Positions 45,548 through 54,249 of a stretch of DNA of 64,000 nucleotides are shown piece by piece. Numbering within the stretch: the stretch's first letter is position 1; each line of letters opens with the position of its first letter. The notes beneath the pieces were generated by a model. That model was not told the DNA's origin, ran no database searches, and saw nothing but the letters and a program-made list of their open reading frames with translations. A program made the translations under genes and the position numbers. The stretch is taken from contig JANQNK010000020.1 in NCBI GenBank assembly GCA_028279595.1, forward strand, positions 96,001 through 160,000, in the 5' to 3' direction. Origin of the DNA: Thermoplasmatota archaeon (lineage in GTDB: Archaea; Thermoplasmatota; JAKEGO01).

Positions 45548-47862
45548 GGCCGATCTCCCGGAGCGTCCTGAGGAAGCTCTGGAAGATGAAGTGGCGGACC
45601 GTCGCCATCTCCTCGGTCATCGCCATCGCGATGGCCATGATCGTCACGGGATGGTACGCGGCCGCTGTCCTCGACGAGAGCACCGAGAAGTTCTTCGAGG
45701 ACTACAGGATGGCCGACCTCTTCGTTGAGTTCTCGGACGACCAGGACCCCGGGGACGTTTCAGCGGTCCTCGATGCCTCGGACGACGTGAAGCACTACGA
45801 CCTTCGGCTCGTCCGCGACGGTATCTATGACCCCGAGGACCGGGAGATCAATGCGGTGCTGATCGGGATAGATGAGCCCGCGGACCGCGATGTCATCCGG
45901 TTCCAGAGAAGGGAAGGCAGGTACTTCCGTTCCTCAGGCGAGGCGGTCGCGGTAATCGGGATGGAGGATTACGGCGTCAAGGTCGGATCCACCGTGCCGT
46001 TCGAGGTGGCCGGGGTCACCATAGATCTGAAGATCACCGGCCTGGTATCCAGCCCGGAATACCTATTCACCAGCGCCTACACCGACTACGGCCTCCCCAT
46101 GGCCGGGTCCCTCGTGGTGGTCTACATGCCGCTCTCGGACCTCCAGAACGTTACCGGCGGCGGGGTGAACGACGTCGTCCTGACCCTAGAGAACGGCGGT
46201 TCAGGCGAGAAGGTCGCAGACGACCTCGAACGGTTCGGCACGGATTCGGTCACCAAGCGGTCGGACCACCCGTCGGTCACGATGATGAAGGTCGGTGCAG
46301 AGAAGATGAAGGCGATGTTCCCTCTCCTCGGTGCCATATTCATGCTCATCGGTTTCATCTCGATATTCATGACCATGATGCGTCTGGTCCAGAACGACTC
46401 GAGGTACATCGGCGTCCTGATGTCCCTGGGCTACAGCAAGATGGACATCGCGAGGTCCTGGGTCGTCATGGGCCTGTTCATCTGCCTGATCGGTTCGCTG
46501 ATCGGGATATTCGTCACATTCCTTCTTACAGAGATGATCGTCAGCGTCGGCACTGCCATGTATTACCGTATGGACCTGGTCTATCCGTTCCATCCCGAAC
46601 CATTCCTCATGGGCATCGGTTTCGTGATGGTGGCGGTCCTCGTCTCCGTCATCGTCCCGGTCTACCTCATCACCAGGTCATCGGTCCGCGAGGCCCTGGA
46701 GTACAAGCCCAGAACGAACGTTCACACCTCGAAGCTGGGCACGGGACGGATGTCGAAGGTCACGTTGATGGGATTCAGGAACACCACGAGGAACCCGTGG
46801 AGGATGCTCATCACGGTCCTCGTCGTCGGGATGACCATTGGTGTGGCCGGTTCATGGCTGGTAATGACGGACTCAGCCTTCTCCTACGTGAACGACCAGA
46901 TCGACGCGGACACATGGGACCTCAGCGCGGATTTCAAGGGCCAGGTGGTCGCTGACAACCTCTCTGCCTCCACACTGAACCTGGGCGAGTCCGATGTCGA
47001 GTATGTCATCCCCTACACATCGATGTTCATGAGCGTCGGCGGCAGCGGCAAGAGCGTCGGGGCGACCGTCGTCGGCTGCGACAACATGTCGGCCACCAGG
47101 GACTTCGACATGCGCGACGGGCGCGCGGACTTCGAGGGCGCCGTGCTCACCAACACCCTCGCGGACAAGATCGATGTCAAGACCGGGGACGTAGTTTCCA
47201 TACGAAAGGGGTCCGCAGAGGTAAAGCTCCGGATCACCGGTGTAACATACCACTCGTTCCTCAGCAACATCTATACGGAAAGGAAGAACCTCCAGCTCTT
47301 CTACGATCCCGACAACTGCACCGGAGCCTACGTCAAGCTGACCGATCCCGGCACATCCGACGCCGCGGCCAGGGAGGTGAGGAACGCATCCATCGTCTCC
47401 AGCGTCCTCGTCCACAAGGACATCACGGAGACCCTGAACAGCGTGGTGGACGATGCAAGGGCCTTCCTGTACGTGTTCTTCATCATGAACCTGCTGATCA
47501 CCATCGTGGTGGCCGGGTCCGCGGTCATCCTGGCGACGATGGAAAGGGACGTCGAGTTCGCCACCCTCGACACTCTCGGGATACCCCGGTCGAAGGTAGC
47601 TAGATCCATTATGGCCGAGATGTCCCTCCTCGCCCTGATGTCGTCGGCGATCGGGATCCCGATGTCCTACATGTTCGCAGGTATGCTCGCCGTCGTGATG
47701 TCGGAGGTGATCTTCTACTTCCCGATCATAATAACGATCGGTGCGACGATAACCACCTTCCTCATCGGCGCTGCGTTCGTCATGCTCTCTTCGGCCGTCC
47801 CCATCAGGTATTCCGGGAAATTGGACACCGAGAGGACCATCAGGGAGCGCACCGCCGGATAG
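45544..47862 (+). CDS. FtsX/MacB-type ABC permease (duplicated)
   Basis: Two repeats of TM-large extracellular loop-3TM; IGVLMSLG and ATLDTLG. Confidence 0.9.
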   Translation: MRPISRSVLRKLWKMKWRTVAISSVIAIAMAMIVTGWYAAAVLDESTEKFFEDYRMADLFVEFSDDQDPGDVSAVLDASDDVKHYDLRLVRDGIYDPEDREINAVLIGIDEPADRDVIRFQRREGRYFRSSGEAVAVIGMEDYGVKVGSTVPFEVAGVTIDLKITGLVSSPEYLFTSAYTDYGLPMAGSLVVVYMPLSDLQNVTGGGVNDVVLTLENGGSGEKVADDLERFGTDSVTKRSDHPSVTMMKVGAEKMKAMFPLLGAIFMLIGFISIFMTMMRLVQNDSRYIGVLMSLGYSKMDIARSWVVMGLFICLIGSLIGIFVTFLLTEMIVSVGTAMYYRMDLVYPFHPEPFLMGIGFVMVAVLVSVIVPVYLITRSSVREALEYKPRTNVHTSKLGTGRMSKVTLMGFRNTTRNPWRMLITVLVVGMTIGVAGSWLVMTDSAFSYVNDQIDADTWDLSADFKGQVVADNLSASTLNLGESDVEYVIPYTSMFMSVGGSGKSVGATVVGCDNMSATRDFDMRDGRADFEGAVLTNTLADKIDVKTGDVVSIRKGSAEVKLRITGVTYHSFLSNIYTERKNLQLFYDPDNCTGAYVKLTDPGTSDAAAREVRNASIVSSVLVHKDITETLNSVVDDARAFLYVFFIMNLLITIVVAGSAVILATMERDVEFATLDTLGIPRSKVARSIMAEMSLLALMSSAIGIPMSYMFAGMLAVVMSEVIFYFPIIITIGATITTFLIGAAFVMLSSAVPIRYSGKLDTERTIRERTAG

Positions 47863-47986
47863 TCCAAACCCCATCGAAACCACCGTTTTCCAGCACCAAA
47901 TGCAGTCTGCACTGTTACATGCAGCATGCAAGTGTTAAATAGGTTATAATGGGATGCAACCGCACAGCTGCCCAGAGGGAAGGACC

Positions 47987-49534
47987 ATGAAAGACCGAAC
48001 GAGATATCTGAGCGCGTTGACCGCCTTCGTGCTGCTGATCGGGATGGCGTCCGTCGGGACGATGGTCACGTCACAGTACGTACAGCCGGGCGGGTCCAAC
48101 GGGACTGCGAGCGGAGAGAACGTAACACTTTCGGGAACGGTGACGGACGGCACTGACGGCATCTCGGGAGCAGAGATAGCACTGTATGGTGGAGATGTAT
48201 TCTACCCCTGCGAAGACGAGAGGAATCTCTGGATGCCCTACTGGTACCATTCGACCAAGACCGCCGAGGACGGCACATTCGAGATCGAACTGCCGAGCGG
48301 TAACTACTCCTTGAACGTCCTTGCGGAAGGGTTCGAGAGCCATTACGATTGGATCGATATATCCGAGGACACTGAGATCGAGATCGAACTCACCGGATAC
48401 ACCGCGGTCATGACCGGCTATGTCGCGTCCACTGACGGCGACGCGATATCCGACGCCTACATATCTGTCTATACAGCGTGGGACTGGCGGGACGAATGCC
48501 GGGACGATCATGACGAGGACTGCTTCCACGAACAGGAACGCTACGACGGAGCCGGTTGTGTCATCTCGGACATAGATTACCAGTATTTCTTCGCATACAC
48601 GGACGACGACGGCCATTACACCCTGTACGGCCTGCCCGGTGAATACGAGGTCTCCGTTTGGGCCTACGGATTCAGCTCACTCTACGACGAAGTGGAGCTG
48701 GTCGAGGGAGAGACCGAGATGGACTTCGTCCTCGAGGATCAGACGGCATACGTCGAGGGCTGGGTCTACGACGAGCAGACCGGAGATCCCATCGAGGGAG
48801 CCCTGGTCACACTCGAGTACTTCCCGGTGTTCATGGAATACGGTCCTGAAAGGTCCGACTACTCCTGGGATGACATCGACATCTGGGACGGAGTGGAGAT
48901 ACTCTTTCACTACACCACCGAGACAGACGACGAGGGTCGGTTCGAGTTCGAGCTCGAGGCTGACGAGATGTGGATGTACGGGTACCTGACCGTCGAGGCG
49001 GAAGATTACAAGCTGTACGAGACCGACCTCTTCATCGAAGAGTACGTTGAGATCGAGGTCCTGCTCGAATCCGACTCAAACGAAGGCGGCAGTGGCTACA
49101 TCACCGAGTATGAATACGAGTACATCGACGAGAACGATGACGGCAATCCGGAGTACATCTACGAGCACAAGGTCGTGTACGAGGGTTACTGGTTGATCTA
49201 CGAGTACGAGTACATCTACGAGGACGCTGACAGCGACGGCAACCCGGAGTACGAGTATGAGTACGAGACGGGAAAGGACATCGATGACGAGGACCCTGTG
49301 AAGGACCGCGACGACGACGTCGACAAGGACGACGTCTTCAAGCCTCTGAAACCCGGTGACAAGGACGCCCCCGAGAGGGAGGTCACCGACCCCGAGGACG
49401 AGGGCGGCGACATCTGGGCCGAGGGCAAGGGAAGCTCCGGAGCCGGAACCGACGTCCACACGAGGGGGATCGCGTTCGTCATGACCATCGCGCTGGTCGG
49501 CGGAGCGTTCCTGCTGCTGATAAGACGCCGGTAG
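47987..49534 (+). CDS. Acidic secreted protein with carboxypeptidase-regulatory-like repeats and C-terminal TM-RRR anchor
   Basis: Three G.V.D...I.GA...T..DG.F units; YEYEY..D.DGNPEY twice. Confidence 0.8.
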   Translation: MKDRTRYLSALTAFVLLIGMASVGTMVTSQYVQPGGSNGTASGENVTLSGTVTDGTDGISGAEIALYGGDVFYPCEDERNLWMPYWYHSTKTAEDGTFEIELPSGNYSLNVLAEGFESHYDWIDISEDTEIEIELTGYTAVMTGYVASTDGDAISDAYISVYTAWDWRDECRDDHDEDCFHEQERYDGAGCVISDIDYQYFFAYTDDDGHYTLYGLPGEYEVSVWAYGFSSLYDEVELVEGETEMDFVLEDQTAYVEGWVYDEQTGDPIEGALVTLEYFPVFMEYGPERSDYSWDDIDIWDGVEILFHYTTETDDEGRFEFELEADEMWMYGYLTVEAEDYKLYETDLFIEEYVEIEVLLESDSNEGGSGYITEYEYEYIDENDDGNPEYIYEHKVVYEGYWLIYEYEYIYEDADSDGNPEYEYEYETGKDIDDEDPVKDRDDDVDKDDVFKPLKPGDKDAPEREVTDPEDEGGDIWAEGKGSSGAGTDVHTRGIAFVMTIALVGGAFLLLIRRR

Positions 49535-49548
49535 ACTAGGTGATATGA

Positions 49549-49592
49549 GGGACGCCCGTATGGGACGTCCCACTCCCTTTTTATTACTTTTT
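49549..49592 (+). terminator. Hairpin plus T-tract between convergent genes
   Basis: gggacgccc-gtat-gggacgtccc followed by ttttt..ttttt. Confidence 0.6.
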
Positions 49593-49594
49593 GC

Positions 49595-50077
49595 TCAACG
49601 GGTTATCGGGAACTGGATCTCGGTTATCCATTCCTCCTCGGGCATGTCCTCTCCCCATTTCACGTAGAGTTCGCGGGGTGCTCCGGTAACCTGAAGGCCA
49701 TTGGCCATGACGTAACCCATAACGGCCTTGTACCTGTCTGTCAGATCGGTATATCCTCCGGTGAACCTCAGGACGACGGCCTCGGTCGGTGCGACATCCT
49801 CGATGCCGGCCTCGCCATCCGTCTTCAGTTCAGTATCGGCGGGAACGGGTACACCGACCTTGAACTTGACCTGGTCCGGGGGCGTCGTGGCTGGATCATC
49901 GTAGTATTCGGCGAGGCCGCTATTGCCGGACATGTCCGGATGGATCCCATTCGCCTCCATCCAGCCCATTAGGTCCATGAAGGCCTTGCCCACCGTCTCG
50001 TGGAAGGGCATCCCCCTGCCCATGTGGCTGGCTATTCGCATTCCATCTACGCTCTTGATGATAATATCTTCATCCAT
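49595..50077 (-). CDS. GyrI-like small-molecule-binding protein
   Basis: YYDDP, GGY..L, GAPRELY, WITEIQFPI. Confidence 0.88.
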   Translation of the reverse strand: MDEDIIIKSVDGMRIASHMGRGMPFHETVGKAFMDLMGWMEANGIHPDMSGNSGLAEYYDDPATTPPDQVKFKVGVPVPADTELKTDGEAGIEDVAPTEAVVLRFTGGYTDLTDRYKAVMGYVMANGLQVTGAPRELYVKWGEDMPEEEWITEIQFPITR

Positions 50078-50230
50078 CTCTACACCTATTTATCGATTGC
50101 CGAGATGGTATAATAAAGTTCAGTAGAGGGCATGGTGAAACTGCATTTTCAGTAGCATTTTGGATCGTTGCGAAGAACCCGCAATTAGGATTAAGTACGA
50201 CCACCACATTGAAATGCCGGGAGATCGCAG

Positions 50231-51394
50231 ATGAAACTCTGGATGATAGGAGTCCTGATACTGTTGACATTACTCCTCGTAGGGTCGACATCGGCGGTCA
50301 TCCATGTAGACGGCAATGACGGCCAGTCATTGGTCGACAAGATGATCGACGTCGACGGTCAGGGCAACTACACCGAAAGGCAGCGCATTTCTGAGGACAT
50401 CATCTATCGACCCAGCGAGGATCTCGAGCTGACCCTGCTGAGGGGCGGAAGGCTCACCGTTCGTGTCGAGCAGGGCCAATTCGCCTGGGCGACCCTCGAT
50501 ATCAAGGTCGTGGCGAGGATCATGATCGATGGCTCCGAGCTCAAGCTCAAGGGCAGCGTGACCGGAAAGATCGACTCCGACCACGAGGTCGACCTCGAGG
50601 GTGAACTGAAGGTGAAGAGGGACTTCGAGTACAGTCCCAGTGAGAAGCTGAGGGCCACCCTCCAGAAGGGCGGCGCTGTCACTGTCAAGGTCGAGCAAAG
50701 CAAGTTCACCGAAGCGACACTGAACCTTCGCATCCTCTCGGAGATCAAGATCAAGGGACAGTGGCTGAAACTTAAAGGGACCGTTTCCGGCAAGATCAAC
50801 GCCGCCTTCGAGGTAAGCTTCACCGGCGAGCTCGACGTCCAGGAGGACTTCACATACAGGCCAACCGAGTCGGTCAAGGTGACCCTCGTGAAGGGAGGCA
50901 AGGTCACGGCCAAGGTCGAGAAGAGCAAGTTCAAGGAGGCAACCCTCGATCTTACGATCCTCGCAGAGATCACCATCAAGGGGGAACAGTTGAAGCTGAA
51001 GGGGACGATCGACGGCAAGATCGATGGATCCTTCAATGTCGACATGACTGGAGGGTTGAGGGTCGAGGAGGACTTCGTGTACCACCGGAAGGGCAACGTC
51101 AAGGTGACGTTCCTGAGGGGTGGCAAGGTCGCCATAGACATCGACAAGAACAAGTTCCAGGAGGCCGACCTCAATCTCACTGTCGCTGTGGACTTCACCA
51201 TCAGGAACTACGTCCTACGTTTGGAAGGGTGCGCCACAGGGCGGATCAACAACAGGTTCAGGGTGGAGAAACTCAAGGGGCGCTTGACAGGTGTGAGCAT
51301 CGGACGGACGGGCTCCCAGACACCACTGTGGTCGTGGACGGTCTCGTCCAAATGGAACTATAAGACCAAACGATTGACCCTGACCGCCCCCTAG
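50231..51394 (+). CDS. Secreted protein with four 75-aa beta-strand repeats
   Basis: Signal peptide; repeat (E/R)DFxY..LxKGGxVTxxVExxKFxEATLxL..LKLKGTxxGKI..VxxxGEL. Confidence 0.8.
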   Translation: MKLWMIGVLILLTLLLVGSTSAVIHVDGNDGQSLVDKMIDVDGQGNYTERQRISEDIIYRPSEDLELTLLRGGRLTVRVEQGQFAWATLDIKVVARIMIDGSELKLKGSVTGKIDSDHEVDLEGELKVKRDFEYSPSEKLRATLQKGGAVTVKVEQSKFTEATLNLRILSEIKIKGQWLKLKGTVSGKINAAFEVSFTGELDVQEDFTYRPTESVKVTLVKGGKVTAKVEKSKFKEATLDLTILAEITIKGEQLKLKGTIDGKIDGSFNVDMTGGLRVEEDFVYHRKGNVKVTFLRGGKVAIDIDKNKFQEADLNLTVAVDFTIRNYVLRLEGCATGRINNRFRVEKLKGRLTGVSIGRTGSQTPLWSWTVSSKWNYKTKRLTLTAP

Positions 51395-51466
51395 GTAAAA
51401 AAGAATCCGTGGACCACCCTCACGGTTAAATAATCACATTTCGATTCCTCTTCCGGAGGATCTGAC

Positions 51467-54160
51467 ATGAGGATGCTGATCGCAGGATTATTGATAGTGC
51501 TAGCACTGGGACTGATAGGTACGACGGCTGCCGACATCTATGTCGACGAGGACAACGCCGGCGATTCGTCGATGGACGGTACCTGGGACCATCCGTACAA
51601 CACCATCCAGAGGGGTATTGACAATGCCACCAGCGGTGAGGACATCTACGTCTGGGGCGGGTCGTACTGGGAGAACGTCATAGTCAACAAGACAGTCAAT
51701 CTGATCGGCAACGGGACGAGCGAGACCCGCGTCAATGCCAGCAATTCGGGTGACGTTTTCTACGTGACGTTCAGGTACGTCAACATCAGCGGGTTCAATA
51801 TCACCGGTAGCGGCTACGGGGTCAACACTGCCGGGATCCAGTTCGACGAGGTCACCAACGGGAACGTCTCCGACTGCTCCTTCATGTGGAACGAGTGGGC
51901 GGTCTTCCTGGATGGGAGTGATCACATCGACATCACCGACTGCTACTTCTCGAACAACACCGAGGGCATCAGGGGATACAACGCCGATTATGCCGACATC
52001 TACGGCTGCGATATCTTCGGCAGCGATTACGAGGGGATCAACTTCGTGAGCAGTTCTGACTACGACACTATCGTCAAGTGCAACGTTTCCTGGAACAATC
52101 GGAACCGGACGGAGGCGGCCGGCGGAATCGATATCGACGGATCGAACTACATCAACATCACACAGAGCTACATCAGTCACAACGCCAAGTACGGGGTCCA
52201 TCTGGTCAACAACGGTTTCAGGAACGACATCTACGACAACGATATCGTGTGGAACTGCGGCGGCGTGGCCGGCGTGTTCGTTGACAATTGTGCATACACG
52301 CTCGTGTCCTCCAACAGGATCGAGAACAGCACCGGTGAGGGTGTGGCAGTCTACGGCAGGTGGGGTGTCACCGTCTGGAACAACACGCTTTGGAACAACA
52401 ATCGGTTGAGTGGAATGACAGGCATCTATGTCTCCGCGTCCCACAACATCCACATATCCGAGAACGTCGTAGCGAGAGGCAACTTCTCGGGGATCTATGT
52501 CCAAGCGACACAGGGAGCGCGGATCCATGACAACATGATATTCAACAACACGGAGCACGGGATCTGGATCACCACCAGCAACGATACCGTGATCGCCTGG
52601 AACGTGATAACCGGGAACCAATTCAACGGCATCCTTCTGACCGGGACCTCGACGAACTCGACGGTCCACAACAACACGATATTGTACAACAACATGAACA
52701 TGGGTGAGTACCTGGGCGGGATCAAGCTCCTGAACGCAGGATGGTTCGACATCGACAACAACACGATATCGAACAATCCCAGGTACGGAATATGGCTCGA
52801 TGAGGTGGCGAACGGGACCGTGAGGGCGAACGAGGTCGTCTTCAACTGCGGGGGCCGAGCAGGCCTCGGCATGCGGAACGTAAGGTTCACCCATGTCCAG
52901 TTCAACAACATCTCCAACAGCACCGGCCATGGGATCGATGCCTCAGGGATCGATTCCTGCGTCATCCACAACAACACCATCGTGGGGAACAACATGAACG
53001 CCCAGGGCGACGGCGGGATCTACGTCTACGACAGCTGGAAGTGCGAGTTCAACGACAACGTGATATTGAACAACACAGGCTATGGCGCCAGGATGAACTA
53101 CGTCTCCAACTGTTCCATGATGGGGAACACTATCAGCGGTCACAACCTTGACGGTCTTTTCATCCAAGCGAACGGTGACAACTGGGTCATCGTGGAGAAC
53201 ACTGTGACATGGAACAATCTGGACGACGTCGGATACAGGGCTGGGATCCGACTTGACTCATCCGGCTGGTGCAAGATCGGCGAGAACATCGTCATGAACA
53301 ACAAGAAGTACGGCATCCGGCTCTTCAACTCCGACAAGAACACGATCGAGTGGAACGACCTCCTGTGGAACTGCGGCGGCGAGGCAGGTCTTGTGGTCCA
53401 TAGCTCGGACAGGAACATGGTCATGTGGAACAACATCTCGAACAGCACAGGGACCGGCATCGATGTATTGCTCTCTCATAACAATACCTTCCACAACAAC
53501 ACGCTCAACGGTAATGCGATGGAGTTCAGCGCAAATTCCGGAGGCATATACCTCTCGTACAGTCATTGGAATACGATCACCGACAACATCGTGCTTGACA
53601 ACCGACTGTCCGGCATGAGTCTCCATTTCAGCGAGAACAACACGATGAGGAGGAACGACATAGGCAGGAACAGCCACGGGTTCTACTCCACTGGGTCAAG
53701 GAACAACACCGTCGTCAACTGCAGCATATGGATGAACAGCGGTTACGGCATCACGACGACAAACGCCTGGCATTCCTGGATCACCCAGAACGAGATATTC
53801 AACAACACCGATCACGGGATCAATATACACAACTCCGAGAAGGGTGTCGTCTTCCTGAACAATCTCTACGGCAACGGTGGAACGTCATCGCAGGGATACG
53901 ACAACACAGGCAACAACACCTGGGACAACGGGACCCACGGCAACTACTGGGACGACTACAACGGGACCGATGGCAACGATGATGGTATCGGCGATACGCC
54001 GTACGGGCTCGATGGCGGCTGGTACAACGACACCAAGCCCCTGACGAACCGGACGGACAACAACGTACCCCGCGAGGTGCCGGAATTCGGTATCCTCATT
54101 ACCGTTGGCATGACCGTAGTCGTGTTCGCAGCCGTGTTCCGGCGCCGGCGCTTGGCCTAA
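51467..54160 (+). CDS. NosD/CASH parallel beta-helix surface glycoprotein, PEF-CTERM
   Basis: Signal peptide, DGT..PY.TIQ, Asn ladders, GNYW..DGIGD, VPEF-TM-RRRR; many NxS/T. Confidence 0.88.
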   Translation: MRMLIAGLLIVLALGLIGTTAADIYVDEDNAGDSSMDGTWDHPYNTIQRGIDNATSGEDIYVWGGSYWENVIVNKTVNLIGNGTSETRVNASNSGDVFYVTFRYVNISGFNITGSGYGVNTAGIQFDEVTNGNVSDCSFMWNEWAVFLDGSDHIDITDCYFSNNTEGIRGYNADYADIYGCDIFGSDYEGINFVSSSDYDTIVKCNVSWNNRNRTEAAGGIDIDGSNYINITQSYISHNAKYGVHLVNNGFRNDIYDNDIVWNCGGVAGVFVDNCAYTLVSSNRIENSTGEGVAVYGRWGVTVWNNTLWNNNRLSGMTGIYVSASHNIHISENVVARGNFSGIYVQATQGARIHDNMIFNNTEHGIWITTSNDTVIAWNVITGNQFNGILLTGTSTNSTVHNNTILYNNMNMGEYLGGIKLLNAGWFDIDNNTISNNPRYGIWLDEVANGTVRANEVVFNCGGRAGLGMRNVRFTHVQFNNISNSTGHGIDASGIDSCVIHNNTIVGNNMNAQGDGGIYVYDSWKCEFNDNVILNNTGYGARMNYVSNCSMMGNTISGHNLDGLFIQANGDNWVIVENTVTWNNLDDVGYRAGIRLDSSGWCKIGENIVMNNKKYGIRLFNSDKNTIEWNDLLWNCGGEAGLVVHSSDRNMVMWNNISNSTGTGIDVLLSHNNTFHNNTLNGNAMEFSANSGGIYLSYSHWNTITDNIVLDNRLSGMSLHFSENNTMRRNDIGRNSHGFYSTGSRNNTVVNCSIWMNSGYGITTTNAWHSWITQNEIFNNTDHGINIHNSEKGVVFLNNLYGNGGTSSQGYDNTGNNTWDNGTHGNYWDDYNGTDGNDDGIGDTPYGLDGGWYNDTKPLTNRTDNNVPREVPEFGILITVGMTVVVFAAVFRRRRLA

Positions 54161-54249
54161 GTAAACGCATTTACTATGGCAGGCCGCCACGGCGAGCCAT
54201 CCGTCCCATTTTTATATCTCGGAAGCGTTCACCTGGACAAGGTGTTCGA

